NCBI RefSeq assembly: GCF_009914755.1 | Contig: NC_060925.1 | Direction: 5' to 3' (one strand) | DNA length: 64,000 nucleotides | From: the human T2T-CHM13v2.0 reference genome, Homo sapiens | Part shown: in pieces, positions 1-17,500 of the stretch | How positions within the stretch are numbered: position 1 is the stretch's first letter | Layout: the number at the start of each line of letters is the position of its first letter | Program-made: the position numbers and the translations under genes | Notes under the pieces: model-generated | Databases searched by the model: none | Seen by the model: only the letters and a program-made list of their open reading frames with translations | Told to the model about the DNA's origin: nothing

Positions 1-1231
1 TTTGTGTTTACTGTGTGCCAGGCACCATGTTATGCATTTTACACATATTTAATTTCAACCATATAATAGTCCTATGAAGTGGGTGTCTTGTTCCCATTTT
101 TCACAGGATGAAATTTGCCATCAATAGGCTCAGGGAGAGTACCTGGTATCCCAGCAGCCGTGTGGCCTCATTCTACAGTTAAGCAAGGCTTTGGTACATT
201 CTTTAGAATTTAGTTAGTAACTCTTTCAAATGCAAATGATGTTTTCCAGTGAATAACTACATTGTGTTATTCACTGGAGAGAAAGAAAGGACTCTAGTAA
301 AATGATATTTACTTTCGTAGTGACTTTTGCCAAGATTGTGGCAGGAAGGGGTGGCATTGTCTCATTGAGGTACCTGCAGTACAAGGTGGCATTGACCTCA
401 TTTTTACTCTTAAAACAGGTGCAACTTGCTGTGTGCAATGTGCCTGGGCTGTCCTTATCTGTATAGGTTGCCCTGTTAGGCTTGTGCTGAGTCTGGTTTG
501 GAACTCCAGAATTCAGAGGAAATAGGAAATTCGTTAAACCAAACTAAAAAGGTTAGAAAATGAGGCTTATGTGAAAAGGGCAATGGAATTGGGATTTTTA
601 CTTTGGGGGAAAACAGACTTACAGGTGACCTAATAATGCCTTTTAGGTACTGAAGTCTCAATATGTGACAAGTGGTAATTAGTTATTCTCTGTCTCTGCC
701 GAAGATAAGAATAGGTCAATCCTAGTTTAAACTAAACATTAGTCTTCATTCATTTAAAAATATGTACTAAGCCCCTACTGTGTTCTAGATTCTATTGGAG
801 GTGACTGGAGTATATATCAATATATTCATGTATAAGTCTTTGTTTTATTTCTTTCGGGTAAATACCCAGTAGTGGAACTGTTAGGTCATATAATAAGCAC
901 ATACAGGCATTCCCATCCTCATAGAACTTATAGTCTGTCATGAGTAGACAGAAAATAAACAATAAATATTATAAATAAAGTATGTAGAATGTTGGAAAGT
1001 GAAAGTCCTCTTGGGACAGGGGAAGGAGAGCATTTAAATGCTTCCCATTTATTTCTGATCAGCTCTTGATAGAAAAAAAATTGCTCCCTATTTAAATCCT
1101 ATGGAAGAAGAAATCCATTTAGTGTTTACTATAAGCCAGGCACCATGTTATGCATTTTACACATATTTAATCTCAATCAAGTAATAGTCCTACGAAGTGG
1201 GGGTCTTGCCCCACTTCAAAAATGAGCAAAG

Positions 1232-1398
1232 GTGTGGTGGCTCAAATCTGAAACTCCAGCACTTTGGGAGGCAGTGGTGGAAGGATTGCTAGAGCCTAGG
1301 AGGTCAAGGCTGCAGTGAGCTGTGTTTGCATCACTGAACTCCAGTGATCAGACTGCACTCCTGGGCAACAGATCGAGACCTTGTCCCAACTAAAAAAT
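1232..1398 (+). mobile_element. Alu monomer (FLAM-like) inserted in an L1
   Basis: Alu-like monomer flanked by aaaatgagcaaa / aaaatgggcaaa repeats. Confidence 0.75.
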
Positions 1399-2215
1399 GG
1401 GCAAAGGACATGAACGGAAGACATACATGGGGCCAACAAATATTTGAAAAAATTCTCATGCTCAATATCACTGATCATTAGAGAAATGCAAGTCAAAACC
1501 ACAATGAGACACCATTGCACACCAGTCAGAATGCCTACTGTGAAAAACAAAAAATAAGGTGTTGGCAAGGTTGTAGAGAAAAGTGCTTATACGCTGTTGG
1601 TGAGAATGTAAATTAGTTCAGTCACTGCGGAAAGCAGTTTGGTGATTTCTCAAAGAATTTAAAAGAGAACTACCATTTGACCCAGCAATCCCATTACTGG
1701 ATATATACCCAAAGGAAAATAAATTGTTCTACCAAAAAGACACATGCACTTACATGTTCACTGCAGCACTATCCACAATAGCAAAGGCATGGAATCAACC
1801 TAGATACACATCAACAGTAGACTGGGGAGGAAAAATACGGTACATATAAAGCACGGAATACTATGCATCCATTAAAAGAATGAAATCATGTCTTCTGCAG
1901 CAAAAGAGATGCAGCTGGAGGCCATTATCCTAAGCTAATTAACACAGGCACAGAAAACCAAATACTGCATGTTCTCACTTATAAGTGAGAGCAAAACTTT
2001 GAGACATGGACACAAAGATGGGAACAATAAGCACTGGGGCCTACCCCAGTGGAAGGTAGAAGGGGGGCGAGGGTTGAAAAGCTAACTATTGGGTACTATA
2101 CTTACTACCTGCGTGATGGGTTCATTCATACACCAAACCTCCGCAACATGCAAGTTACCCATGTAACAAACCTGCACATGTACCCCCTGAACCTAAAACA
2201 AATGTTGAAAAAAAA
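1399..2215 (+). mobile_element. L1 (L1PA/L1PB-type) 3' end of ORF2 plus 3'UTR
   Basis: typical L1 motifs (accacaatgagac, cccagcaatcccattactgg, aacctgcacatgtaccc) and an A-rich end. Confidence 0.9.
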
Positions 2216-2344
2216 TTACAGGAGTGGAGAGCAGGTTGCAGTATTAAGGAGTGGCCAGGAGAGGCCGTGTTTAGAAAGCGATTTAAAACACCCTTCCATA
2301 CCCAAATGCACAGCCACCCCTACCCCCATCCCTCCTTCACCCCC

Positions 2345-2860
2345 CAACACATTTATTATCTCACAGTGTGTGTGGGTCAGGAATCCAGGCACCGCTTAGC
2401 TGGGTTGTCTGCTTAGGGTCTCCCTAGGCTACAGCCAAGGTATTGGCCAGGCTGCATTCTCCTCTAGAGGCTTGACTGAGGAATCTGACTCAGAGCTCAC
2501 TTGGGCTGTCAACAGAATCCATTTCTTTGTAGCAGTAGGACTGAGGGCCTTGACTTCTTGCCAGAGGTTGGCTAGAGTCTGTCCAGGGTTCCTTGAAGTC
2601 ACCTAGTGTTCCTTGCCATGTGAGCTTTCCCCATATGGCCACTTCAAGTCAGCAAGGAGAGGCTCTAGAGCAAATCTGCAAGCAAGAGAGCCTTGAAATT
2701 TAATATAATCACAGGAGTGACATTCCTTCACCTTTGCCATATTCTATTGGTTAGAAGTAAGTCGCAGGGCCTGCTCATACCCAAAGAGAAGGAGTTACAC
2801 AAGGGCACAAACACCAAGAGGCGGGGATCATGGGGAGCCACACTGTAGTTTGTGGACCAC
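2345..2860 (-). mobile_element. MLT1-type ERVL-MaLR LTR
   Basis: atttattatctcacag...gggtcaggaatcc...gcttagctggg and ctattggttagaagtaagtc motifs. Confidence 0.7.
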
Positions 2861-3114
2861 ACTACCTTTTACTTTTTTTTTTTGAAAGGATGGGATGGAA
2901 AGGGAAGCAAATAAACATGACAGTTACCAGTGCAGGAAGATTTGTTTCTAGGTTTACCTTCACAGCATTTATGGCCTTCCAAGCTGACCTGAGGCAATGA
3001 AAGCATCCTAGACTGGTAGTCTCCATGCCAACCAAGCTCTTTACTCATTCTTTGCACGTGGCAGTTTGCATTGCCACTTGCTATGTGATTTTAGTTTTTC
3101 CTTTCATGTTTTGT

Positions 3115-3635
3115 TTAAATAAACTTTATTAAGTATGCAGTTAGATAAATTTTAACAAATGTATACCACTGTATAACAAACACCACACAATCAAGATAAA
3201 AAAATACTTCCATCACACCAAAAAAGTTTCCATATGTCCTACTGGTGCCACGTGTTTCAAACCTTTCATACCTCTGGCTGCAGAAAACCACTGATCTGCT
3301 TTCTGTTGATAGATAGTTCTGTCTATTGTAGAATTTCATTGAAAGTGAATCATAAAATACAGACTATAGTATCTGGCTCTTAGAATAATGATTTTGAGTT
3401 TCATCCATGCTATTTGTATCAGTAGTACATTCATTTTTATTGCTGAGTAGTATTCCATTGTATGAATATAATACAATTTGTTTATTCATTCATTTGTTGA
3501 TGAATGTATGAGTTGTGTTCAGTAACAGGCTATTATGGATTAAGCTGCTATGAATATTCATGTAACAAGTCTTTGTTTTATTTCTTTTGGGTAAATGCCC
3601 AGTAGTGGAACTGTTAGGTTATATAATAAGTATAT
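3115..3635 (-). mobile_element. old L1M fragment
   Basis: ttcatccatg...ttttattgctgagtagtattccattgtatg motif. Confidence 0.75.
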
Positions 3636-3636
3636 A

Positions 3637-3984
3637 TAGATTAAATATCTCTTATCCGAAATGCTTGAACCAGAAGATTTTCAGATGTGTTCAGATTTTG
3701 AAATATTTGCATATACATAATGAGATATCTTGGGGATGGGACCCAAGTCTAAACATGAAATTTATTTATGTTTCATATACACCTTGTACACATAGCCTGA
3801 AGGTAATTATGTTTTTCTCTTGGGGATGCTGAATAAACTGGGTGTTGTGCCTGCATTTTTGCTGCAACCTTTCATGAGGTCAGGTATGGAGCTTTCCACC
3901 TGAGGTATCATGTTGGTCCTCAAAAAGTTTTGGATTTTGGAACATGCTGGATTTTGAATTTTTAGATTAGGGATGCCCAGTCGG
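3637..3984. mobile_element. Tigger4/MER46-type DNA transposon
   Basis: degenerate terminal inverted repeats (tcttatccgaaa ... tttagattagggatg) and internal atcttggggatgggacccaagtctaaac. Confidence 0.75.
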
Positions 3985-4059
3985 TATTTCTGCCTATTTT
4001 CTGAATAGATACTGTCTAACTATTTTTCAAAGTGGCTATGCCATAGAAAATAATTTTCA

Positions 4060-6236
<2,177 letters not shown>

Positions 6237-6871
6237 CAGGTGGGCCTTTTCTTATCACCACTGCCTGAAATCTTTCCCTCTCTGTGCTCTTCCAGCAATT
6301 GCCTACCCAAACCCTAGGCCCAGCCGACTTTGGAGGTCTCCAGTTGAACCTTCACCTTTTACTGGAATGGAGCAGTCTCTGCAAGAGGGGTTGGTGGAAG
6401 TAGGAAGCAAAAAAATTGAGAAAAGAAACAGTAAGAAGAGGAAGTTCTTGCAGGGAGAATTGTTTTTCAAGAGAGCTATATTTTTATTTTGAACAGCATC
6501 CATTTGTTTGATAAATATATCATTATCTTCTGTGTGTGGGCATTGTGCTAGCAATGCTACAATGGTGAGAAGATAGAGGGAGTCCCTGCCCTCATGACAC
6601 TTAGAGTTTAGTGTCTGAACATAGTCCGAGCAGCATTGTGATACGCTGACTCCTGTTAAGTACAGTGCCTGTTATCATCCCTGCCCAGTGGTTTTGCTTC
6701 ACTTATAATTACCTAGAGTCATTTTGGTATTTTGTTGGTTGATGGATGCCAGCACCCCACAAAACTCTCCAAGATGCTATGAGACCACAGGATTAACTGT
6801 GATTCAGGTCAGACTATGTCTTAATGCAAAGTACTTAAAGCAAATACATCTTTTTCCTAACATCTTATAGA

Positions 6872-7175
6872 ACAGTGCTGTCCAACGTAAATATAAGCCA
6901 TACATGTAATTTAAATTTTTCTGATGGCCACATTAAAAAAAGTAAAAAGAAATATGTGAAATTAATGTTAATAATACATTTAAAACATTATCATTTCAAC
7001 ATGAAATCAACATTTTAAAATTATTAATGAGATGTCACATTCTTTTGTTGTAGTTAGTCTTTGAACTCCTGTGCGTGCTAAGTCTGAAATCCTTACAGCA
7101 CATTTCGATTTGGACTAGTCACATCTCAAGGGTTCAGTAGCCACATGTGGCTCATGCCTGCCATCCTGGATGGTA
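6872..7175. mobile_element. MER33-type hAT-Charlie MITE
   Basis: cagtgctgtccaa terminus; tttggactagtcacat and tagccacatgtggct motifs. Confidence 0.75.
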
Positions 7176-8177
7176 CATCTGTAGAGTCTACAGGGTAAGT
7201 GCTGTCTCTAGTGGAAGCAGAGCTTCAGAAGAGTTGCCTGATCATAGGACCTGGCTTCAGGACACAGCCAGGCTTCCAGGGAAGGAGTGACTGCTAGATA
7301 TTAGAACTTAGTTTCTAATATCTTGTCTGTTTATTGTGTGAGATTCTGTGTAGGAAAAATGGTCCCAGACTTTGCAAAACACCAGTGACTGGCTTTGTCC
7401 TTTTTAGAGAACAGATCAAAGTATGTTTCAATCCAGAATTGAAAGCTGAATTTGGGGATAAATGTCAGATTATGTTAGATGTTACAGATAATTTAAAAAT
7501 ATTTAGCAAGTTTCCTATGCAACAATTTATCTATAGAAAAATTAATATAGTTTTTATATTCCAAAGTAAGGTTTTACTTAGTTTCCAGTTCTATAGCTGC
7601 TGCCCAAAGAAAACATTTATGTGAGAAGTTAAGGAAGTAAAGGGTGGTTCCCGTGAGCTCCAGTTCCTAAATAGCTGAGAAAAACAAACATTCTGAACAT
7701 CCCCTTTAGCTCCTTCGGCAGGGCTGGGCTCCTGTCTCCACACAAGGTGTCCTGGGGCATTACAGGGGCTCCAGACTTACCCCTGGCTTTTGCAGGGGGC
7801 CTGCCCTTTGCTAAATTAAGCCCAGCCAGGCCTATCTGTGAACAGAGAGGCTCCAGCCGAGTGAGAGAGATTGGTTCTGCTAAGGAATGTCCTGGGGAGG
7901 GGAGAGAATCGCTGAGATCATGGGTATTTATGTGTATGTTTTCTCACTGGCCAGCTCAGTTGGGCCACATCAACAGAGGCCTCTGGGACACGACCAAGAT
8001 TCTAACAGAGTGACTATAGGGAATGAATAGCTCATGACACACTGAGAAGGGTTTAATTGGAGATCAGTGTGAATACCACAGCAGAATGTATCTTGGGAAC
8101 TCTGTGCTCAGAGTCTAAATAAAACAAGCAGAACACCTCATTTTCCCTCATTTTTCTTTTTGTTTAAAAAAATGGAT

Positions 8178-8335
8178 TTTGTTTTTTATTTTATTTTTTA
8201 TTTTTTAGTTTTTTAAAATGAGATAGGGTCTTTCTATGTTGCCCGGGCTGGTCTCAAACTCCTGGGCTCGAGGGATCCTTCTGCTTCAGCCCCCCAAAGT
8301 GCTAGGATTACAAGTGTGAGCCACCAGGCCTGGTC
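8178..8335 (-). mobile_element. FLAM-type Alu monomer
   Basis: left-arm-like monomer with T-rich tail. Confidence 0.85.
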
Positions 8336-9390
8336 AGATTTTGTTTTTTAGAGCAGTTTTAAGCTCACGGCAAAGTTAAGCAGAAGAGCCAGAGATTTCC
8401 CATTTACTCCCTGCCCCTACATACATACCTGTGTATATACAGCCTCCCCCACTATCCAAACCCAAAGATGTCTCATTTTGATATATCTTTTCTTGGATTC
8501 TTAAGCTTAGTGTTGACCAGAAATACCTCTTATTATGATTCATGCATCTGACTATCTTTGGGAAAACTAACATTTATTGAACACCCACTATATGTCAGGT
8601 ATTTTTTTTTAACATCTTTTCATTTACAACCCTGAAAGGTAGGGGTATTAGCACCATTAAAAAAACTAACAACAGAAGGAAATGAAACTTAGGTTAAAAT
8701 GATTTACCTCTAGAATACAGAGATGAACTACGTGAAACTGTAAAAAAATGATTGAATATCTCCATTTTTATATGGTTCAACCTAATAGAATGTGAGAGGG
8801 CTCATATTTGAACCCAGGCCAATTTAGTTCAAAAGCCTATACTTTGCATTGTACTGTACTACTGCCCTAAAATTACTAGAATAGCACTGGATTCTTTATT
8901 TTCCCTTGGGGGTGCTGTAGTTTCACATAGATGTAGATTTATATTCCTGCTCCTTAGAAGACTAGAACAGCGATGCTTAGAGAAAGAGCAAACCAAGGTA
9001 TGGTATATCTTGAGTTAGAGTAGGAGTTGAGTTGAGTGGGAGCCTAAGTTTAGAGACTAAAGCTAGGAGTTATATGATGGACCCGCACTGATTCGTGTAT
9101 CTGCTGCTATTTATATCTGCCACCTGTGTGCATTTCCATACAGCTGATTCTCGGTTCTCTTTTGTTTGTTACATGCTATGATAATCATTGGTTTAATTAA
9201 CCCCATAGGCTGTAAATTCTCTGAAGACTGTGATTCTGTCTGTTTTGCTCTTTCTAGTACCTATTAAAGTGTTGGCACATACCAAGTAGGTGCTTACTAA
9301 GTATTTTATGAAAAAGCAAATGAATAAACAAATGATACTATCTCAGCTACTCTGTCCTCTGCCCAATGAGCACTGTCTCTGTCTTTGCCT

Positions 9391-9404
9391 CTGTCTCTCT
9401 CTCT

Positions 9405-9448
<44 letters not shown>

Positions 9449-9452
9449 ACAC
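9391..9452. repeat. compound (CT)n(CA)n microsatellite, about 22 CA units with one interruption
   Basis: read directly from the sequence. Confidence 0.97.
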
Positions 9453-10913
9453 CCTAGCTGTGTCTATCCAAACACCTAATCTCCTTAGCACTCATCCATG
9501 GTCTCAGTGCTTACTCAGACATGGGTGTCTGTGTTTGTCTAATCAAGGTAAACCAGGCTGGGAAAGGACTGGTATTGCTTTGAAGCTTTTACTAAGGACT
9601 GACATAGGTTGGGCTTGAAATATGACCTGAACAGAGCAGTTTTGCCATTTGAATGTGGAGCCTTATATTGAATAAACTGAAACTTTTCCACTTGGTTTTT
9701 TCCATCTCTTTGGAGAACAGGACTGGACACTAAAGCAGGCTCTGGCAGGAGAATGTCCTGGTCTTGCAGAATCTTCTGGTTGCTAAGGCTGAGGACACAG
9801 CCCCACTGTCCTTTCTCTGGCAACAAAGGACATTTGTCACATGTTGGGGCGACTTATGTTTCTAATTTGGGACTTAACTGCACTAGTAAAAGACAGCAAA
9901 TGTGGAATCAGTAGAAAGGTAGAGATTGTGCATTTGAATCAAGACTTTCTTCCACTTCACATTAAAGTGTAAAAACTTAATGCTTTGCATTTGAATACCT
10001 TCTGATAGGTGGCTAGGTGTCTCACATAAGCGTAAAAGATGAGTAATGCAGGTGGTATTATCATTCTTATGGGCAAGAAGGAGAGGCTGTAATTCAAGTT
10101 AATTGTATAAAAGCATAAAGCTTTGGGGACGACCAGTTTAAGGTCACACAGGGAGTTAATGTTAGCCAGATATCTAGACCCACTAAGGCTTCATTTTTGC
10201 TCTAAAACTTATGAATGGAGAGAAACTCCATTTACAAAAGAATTCACTTGGAAACTACTAAAATGTATTTCTGGGGATCCTGCAATGACCAGTCCTTTGT
10301 CTTTTGGTCAAGACAGATAGAGTCCTTTCTGAAAATGCTCAGTGCTTCTCCCTGTTTTATAGAGTTATGACCTTGCCCCATTGATGTCAGAGAAGCCTGG
10401 AGAAAAATTCACTCTGCATACAAAAAATTCGTATGTACTACACTTTTCCTAGAAGAGATAAGATTCTAAAAATGAAAGGTTTTAAAATAAAACCCATTCA
10501 CTAATAGTTACTTTTCACTTTGGGTGAATAATCAGGAGTTACATCAGGGTTTCCCTACAAGATTTTGAAACTCTTCCTCCTGCTAAATTATTTTTTAAAA
10601 ATTCCTTTAGTTTACAGAATTGATTAGGATGGGATTTGGTCATATTGATTTTTGTCCCAAATAAAGACTCTTTTGTGGAATGCCAGCTCTTCTCTGGCTT
10701 GCTTCCTACTATCTTGCAAAGGTGCAGTACCCATTTCCTTCACTCACTGACCTTAACACAACTCTGATTACACTGAGAACTCCTTGAGGTCAAGGACAAT
10801 GATGCCAAGAAAAGCACTTAGGTTTTGGCAATCTTTAATCTCCAATACTTTCTTGTCGACTTTATCAATGAATGTATGCTGGTATGCTGTCAAGATTTTT
10901 TAAAAACTATTTA

Positions 10914-11269
<356 letters not shown>

Positions 11270-13071
11270 TGAGTGGCTGCTCTTAGCCCAGCAGCAAACT
11301 TTGAGGGATATAAGCTTGCAGATGAGTTGAAATGCATACACATGAATGCACAAATGTGAAGTTAAATGCCAAAACAAAAATGTAAGCCATCAATTCAAAA
11401 GTGATAACAAAGTGTTTATTTCAGAAACTTATACTAAGAGTTACTGTGAGCCAAGAACTTTTATAAAACCTAGAAGGGGAGGCAGACATTTTAAATAAGC
11501 AATGTAAGGCAGAGTCGGGTGAGTGCTATACTAAACATCAGATGACCTGGTATGAATCCTGGTTTACTAAGGACAATCTTGATTTTTGCCTGTTGCCCAG
11601 AGGTAATTATGATAGCACCTGTTTGTACTATCAGAAGAGTCTCAGTTATTAAATTATAGTCATATAAATTATAAACTAAGTACAGTTGAAGTGAAAAGAA
11701 ATCATTAGTTCTGACTGGGAGGATGGGGAAAGGTTTCTATAGGAGAGGATGTTTGAGCTGAACCTAGAAGAACAGGTTTAGAAAGAGAAACCATCATAGG
11801 CTGAGAACAGTTCAGGCAAAGCCTTGGTGGCCTCCAAGGACACTTGTATGATTGATTTCTCAATCAGCAAATGCCCTTGTCTTTAATGGAGAGTAGTACC
11901 ACCAATGGCTAGCGAGGTCTTGGAAATTATCTCACCATGAACTATCATCACTCAGAACTCTAGTTATCAGAAAAAATGGCTGCTAGGTAATGACTGATGT
12001 CATTGTCATCCTGTGTCAGATCAGAGGGCACAGTTCAAGTTGGGTAAGGTGAGCAGGTGAAAGGGAGAGGAAGAGAGTGAGTGAAGCAATGTGAAAGTTG
12101 AAGAGACTAAAGGATAACAGGTGAAGGGAGAGAACTGTGCTTTTATTGGTTCAATCTGCCCAATTAAAGAAGTTGCAGTTCCTCTTTAAACAAATCTTGT
12201 TTTTAATTTATTTCTGCATCTCTTCTTTCCTCCCTGTATCCCATACTCTGTTGTATTCTGAGTCTCCCAAGTTTGAGACGTGCCTAGAGGCAGGCTTAAT
12301 TTTCTTTATCCCTCAGTATTGGGAAACGGACTCTGCACCACTGAGTCTATGTAAGTCTGGTGGCTGAAAGAAGCTGCCACAGGGAGCCGAATTTTCATTG
12401 CTATCTATGACCTGAGTTTAGGTAATTCCAGAAATGAAAATGAAAAAATAAAAAAGAATATGGACATTTACCTTTTTGGGATGAAAATGCCCCTTTTGAC
12501 TTCTCATTATGTAAGTTTGAAAATTTTCAAATATAAACAAAGACTACGAAAATAGTACCTCCCGATGTATGTGTCCCATTTACCAGGGAGCCATGTTCCC
12601 ATCACTCAGCTTTAACGGTTCCCAACATTTTGCTGTTCTTTTCAGTGATCTCCCTGCACTGTTCGTTCTCCATCTTGTCCTCTTCCACCCCTTACAGCAA
12701 CTCTCTGACATCATATAATTTTATTTGGGAAGATATCAGAATATAACTCTCACAGAGAAGGCTTTGTTTTTAAACATAACCACAATACTATTATTGTACC
12801 CAAAAAGCTTAAAAATAATTCCATAATACCATCTAATACTGGGTCCATACTCAATCTTCCCTTTAAAAGTCCGTGTTAAGATCTGGAGATTTTAAGTCAG
12901 TATTTCTGAGCTCCAATGTAGTGCACAGGAGTAGGATGTTTAGCCCTTCTTACGGAGAGCATGAGCAGTAGAAGAGGAGGCTGGAATCCTAAAGTGTATT
13001 CAATCTTCTATTGTCAATGGGTCAATAATATACCTATTAGAGAATATTCTTAGCTTAAAACTGAAAAAGTC

Positions 13072-13373
13072 AGCCAGGCGCGGTGGCTCACGCCTGTAAT
13101 CCCAACACTTTGGGAGGCCGAGGCGGGCGGATCACGAGGTCAGGAGATCGAGACCATTCTGCCTAACACGGTGAAACCCTGTCTCTACAAAAAATACAAA
13201 AAAATTATCCGGGCGTGGTGGCAGGCGCCTGTAGTCCCAGCTACTCGGAGACTGAGGCAGGAGAATGGCATGAACCCAGGAGGCAGAGCTTGCAGTGAGC
13301 CGAGATTGCGCCACTGTACTCCAGCCTGGGCGACAGAGCAAGACTGTCAAAAAAACAAAAACAAAACAAAAAC
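13072..13373 (+). mobile_element. AluY
   Basis: gagatcgagacc and gaatggcatgaaccc diagnostics; TSD aaactgaaaaagtc / aacctgagaaagtc. Confidence 0.95.
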
Positions 13374-13377
13374 CTGA

Positions 13378-14066
<689 letters not shown>

Positions 14067-14224
14067 TAAAAAGTTTTCCACATAATCTCACAGCATTATC
14101 TATTACCTTCTCACTCATTCAACAAACGTATCATTGTTAGTCCACTTCCGCCTCTTGTCATCTATTCCTTCTTTGTTCTCTTGTTGGTTCACTCTTTCAA
14201 AGCTTTTACTGCACAAAGAGGTGA

Positions 14225-14570
<346 letters not shown>

Positions 14571-17500
14571 CTGCGGTTGTTTGTATCAGACATTGTGCTG
14601 GGTACTTTACATAAATTCATTTATTCCTCACTACAAACTTTGAGGTAATTTTTGCAACCCCTATTTTATAAATGAGGAAATTAGGTTGTAAAAGTTGAAG
14701 TAATTTACACAAAAAAGGTCCCCCAGTTAGGAAGTGGCAGAAAGGTATGTGAACCTAGGTTTACTTATCCTGAAATTCCTGCCCCAGCATGACAACGCTG
14801 AGAGGCAGTATCTTAATAACCAGCGCACCTGGGTAGTTCTGCCACACCATCATTTCCTCTGTCCTTAGGGAGTTTGCAATTTAAAAGGGTAAATAAGACA
14901 GGTGTAGAAATATGAAGCATTTACACGGGATGCCAATGTTGCAGTATGAAAAGAATATTTGAAAGCTCATAATGTCATCATGAGAAATTACTTTTAATTT
15001 GGAGAGATAAAGTAAGGCTTCACAGGGGACGGAGCATTTAACCATGAAGCTGAAGGGCACACAATGATGTGGCACCAAGAAGCATAGGGCATGTTTGGGA
15101 AATCCAGTTAGGCTAGCAGATAATAATGGAAGATAAAGCTGGAGAGGTAGATTGAGGTCAAATTTTGAATAGACTCTATTATCAGGCCAGTTGTGTATAA
15201 TTTAATCGCTGTACAGTTAAAAATCGTTAAAAGGTTTTTTCTTTCTTTCCTTTTTCTTCTTTAGCTGGACCTGCATCACATATTAAATGCTTTTTGAACA
15301 GACGGAATGAAATAACCAGAGCTATGCTTTAGGAAAAATTTAAGTAGTAGAGGGACTGAGGTTGGGGAAACCAGATATGAGACTATTCATGTACTCCAGT
15401 CCTGGGGAGAAGGAAGAAATACCTAATAGAAGTTTAATTTCAGCTTCATCATTGAAACTTTTTCTTGAGTTAGATGGGCGAACACTCCTTTGGAGGCATG
15501 AAGAAAGAGAAGTGCTTTCTTCCCATCTCCCCTTTCTTGAGTACATAAATTTCCTTAGATATCTTGACAAAGAGCCAAGAAGACTTGGTGATAAAATAAG
15601 CAAATGCAGTTAATTTGGAATCTACTGATGCTATAAAAGAATTTAACAATTTACACATGAATATTTAGTAATGGAGAATGAATAAATGTGATAAGCTATA
15701 TGATGATTTTTCTACAGAAAGAAGGTGCAAGAAGGTTAGACTTTGATGTAAGATTATTGCTTTTACCTTGAAAACCCTTCTGGATTTCAGCTATCCTAGT
15801 TAGAGAGGGTAAATTGTTATTGTTTTTATAGTTAATAATAGTTATCATTTTCTGAATACTGACTGCATGCCAGGCACTGTGCGATGTGATTTTTGTGCAT
15901 AATTTCATTTAGTCTCCCTAACATCCTTTGTAGATTGGTATCATTGTTATCTCCTTGATAGATGAGGTGAATGAGGCTCTTAGAGAGGGCAGGTGACTTG
16001 TCAAGCCCCCTTCTCGCCTTCAGAGCCTATGCTCTTGACCACTATACTTACTGCCTCCATATATTCTTTCAAGACTAAATGCAGCACATTCTCTAATTCT
16101 ATAATTTACCACATTCTACAAAATCAGACAAAACTGGGCAGTGTTTGCTAAGCTGGTCTCTCTGATAAAAGGCTAAAGCAAGAGTGGAGTGTTGGTTTCA
16201 GTTACGGCTTTTACCTTGGAGGTAACCCTTCTGGATTTCAATTTCCTTGTCTTTAAACTAAGAGAACTAGAACACAGAAATGCTGAGGTCTTCAAATCTG
16301 TGAATCTTTGGCCAAATTGGTCAAAGCATTGACTTCATTTTCTTCAGTAGGATTTAGAACAGATAGAACGTACTAATTTATGTCCTCTGTTTTTCTTCCT
16401 TTTAGATCTAAGTATTTTTCCTGGTAAGGCTGGGGTCTCTGACTGGCACTAGTCAGCCTGGACATGAAGGGAAAGTGAATCAAGGTTGTTGCACAGCTGT
16501 GTGCAAGGCATTGTTCTATGCTTATCATGCACATTGTCTCATTCAATCCTCACAGAATCCCTCGTGAATACTTATCTTCATTAAAAAGCAAAGCAACCAC
16601 ACTATACTTATAAGAAAACTGAGGCTCATAGTGATTAATTAACCTGCCCAAGGTCACCTAGCAGGAAAGTGATAGAGCCAGGATTCGAACCTAATTCTTT
16701 CTGGCTTTAGGTTGGTTTCATAGTGCCTCTCACTTTCCCTGTTGTTTGTTTATTTTTATTTGAATATTCAAAGATTCCTCATGCAAAAATAGTATTAATA
16801 GTAAGGGACTTTTCAGGGAACTTTCTGTTGATCAGTTTATACCTGATAGAGATTCCCTATGTCACATCATGAGACTAAGAACTAGGCAGAGGACATCCAT
16901 ATAGCTCCAGTCATTTGAGACCTCACGTATTTTTAGATATGAGATTTTTAAAAAATCTGCTCAAGCAGTTTTGGCTTATCTGAGGTGGTTTAGCATATCC
17001 AGACTTTTCTGATTTATATAAATTAGCCAGGCATAGGAATATCATTGATAATAACACTTCATAATTATAGATTCCATTTTCTTTCATATGAGATTTAAAT
17101 AGCTTTTTGCCCACTCTTTGTCATTTTCCAGGTGGAGAAGCCTTAGCAGAATTTTACCCAAGGTCACAGAAGTGAATCAATTGGTGGCAGAAATAATAAT
17201 AAACTTAGGAGTCCTCTTTCTCAGCACCATATCCTGAACACTGAATCCACTTGAAACATTATGGTCTCATGGAAAGCAAACTGCTGTTCCAAATGATAAT
17301 GCTGTTGTTCTTGATGATGATGGTGATAATAATATTATTATAATTAAAATTATAGTTATACCTGTGTTAGAAACACTGTCCTAAGTCCTTTACATGTATT
17401 GATTTATTTATGCCTCACGATCCTCTCAGGTAGGTTTATGAATGAGGAAAATACAATTATCTGCCTATTACAGATTAGGAAGTTGCTCCCTCTTTGCATT

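Noticed and set aside
15340-15658. Overlapping ORFs in non-repeat-looking sequence (possible processed pseudogene or exon)
   Set aside because: No recognisable protein, no convincing splice-site pair and no TSD or poly-A tail.
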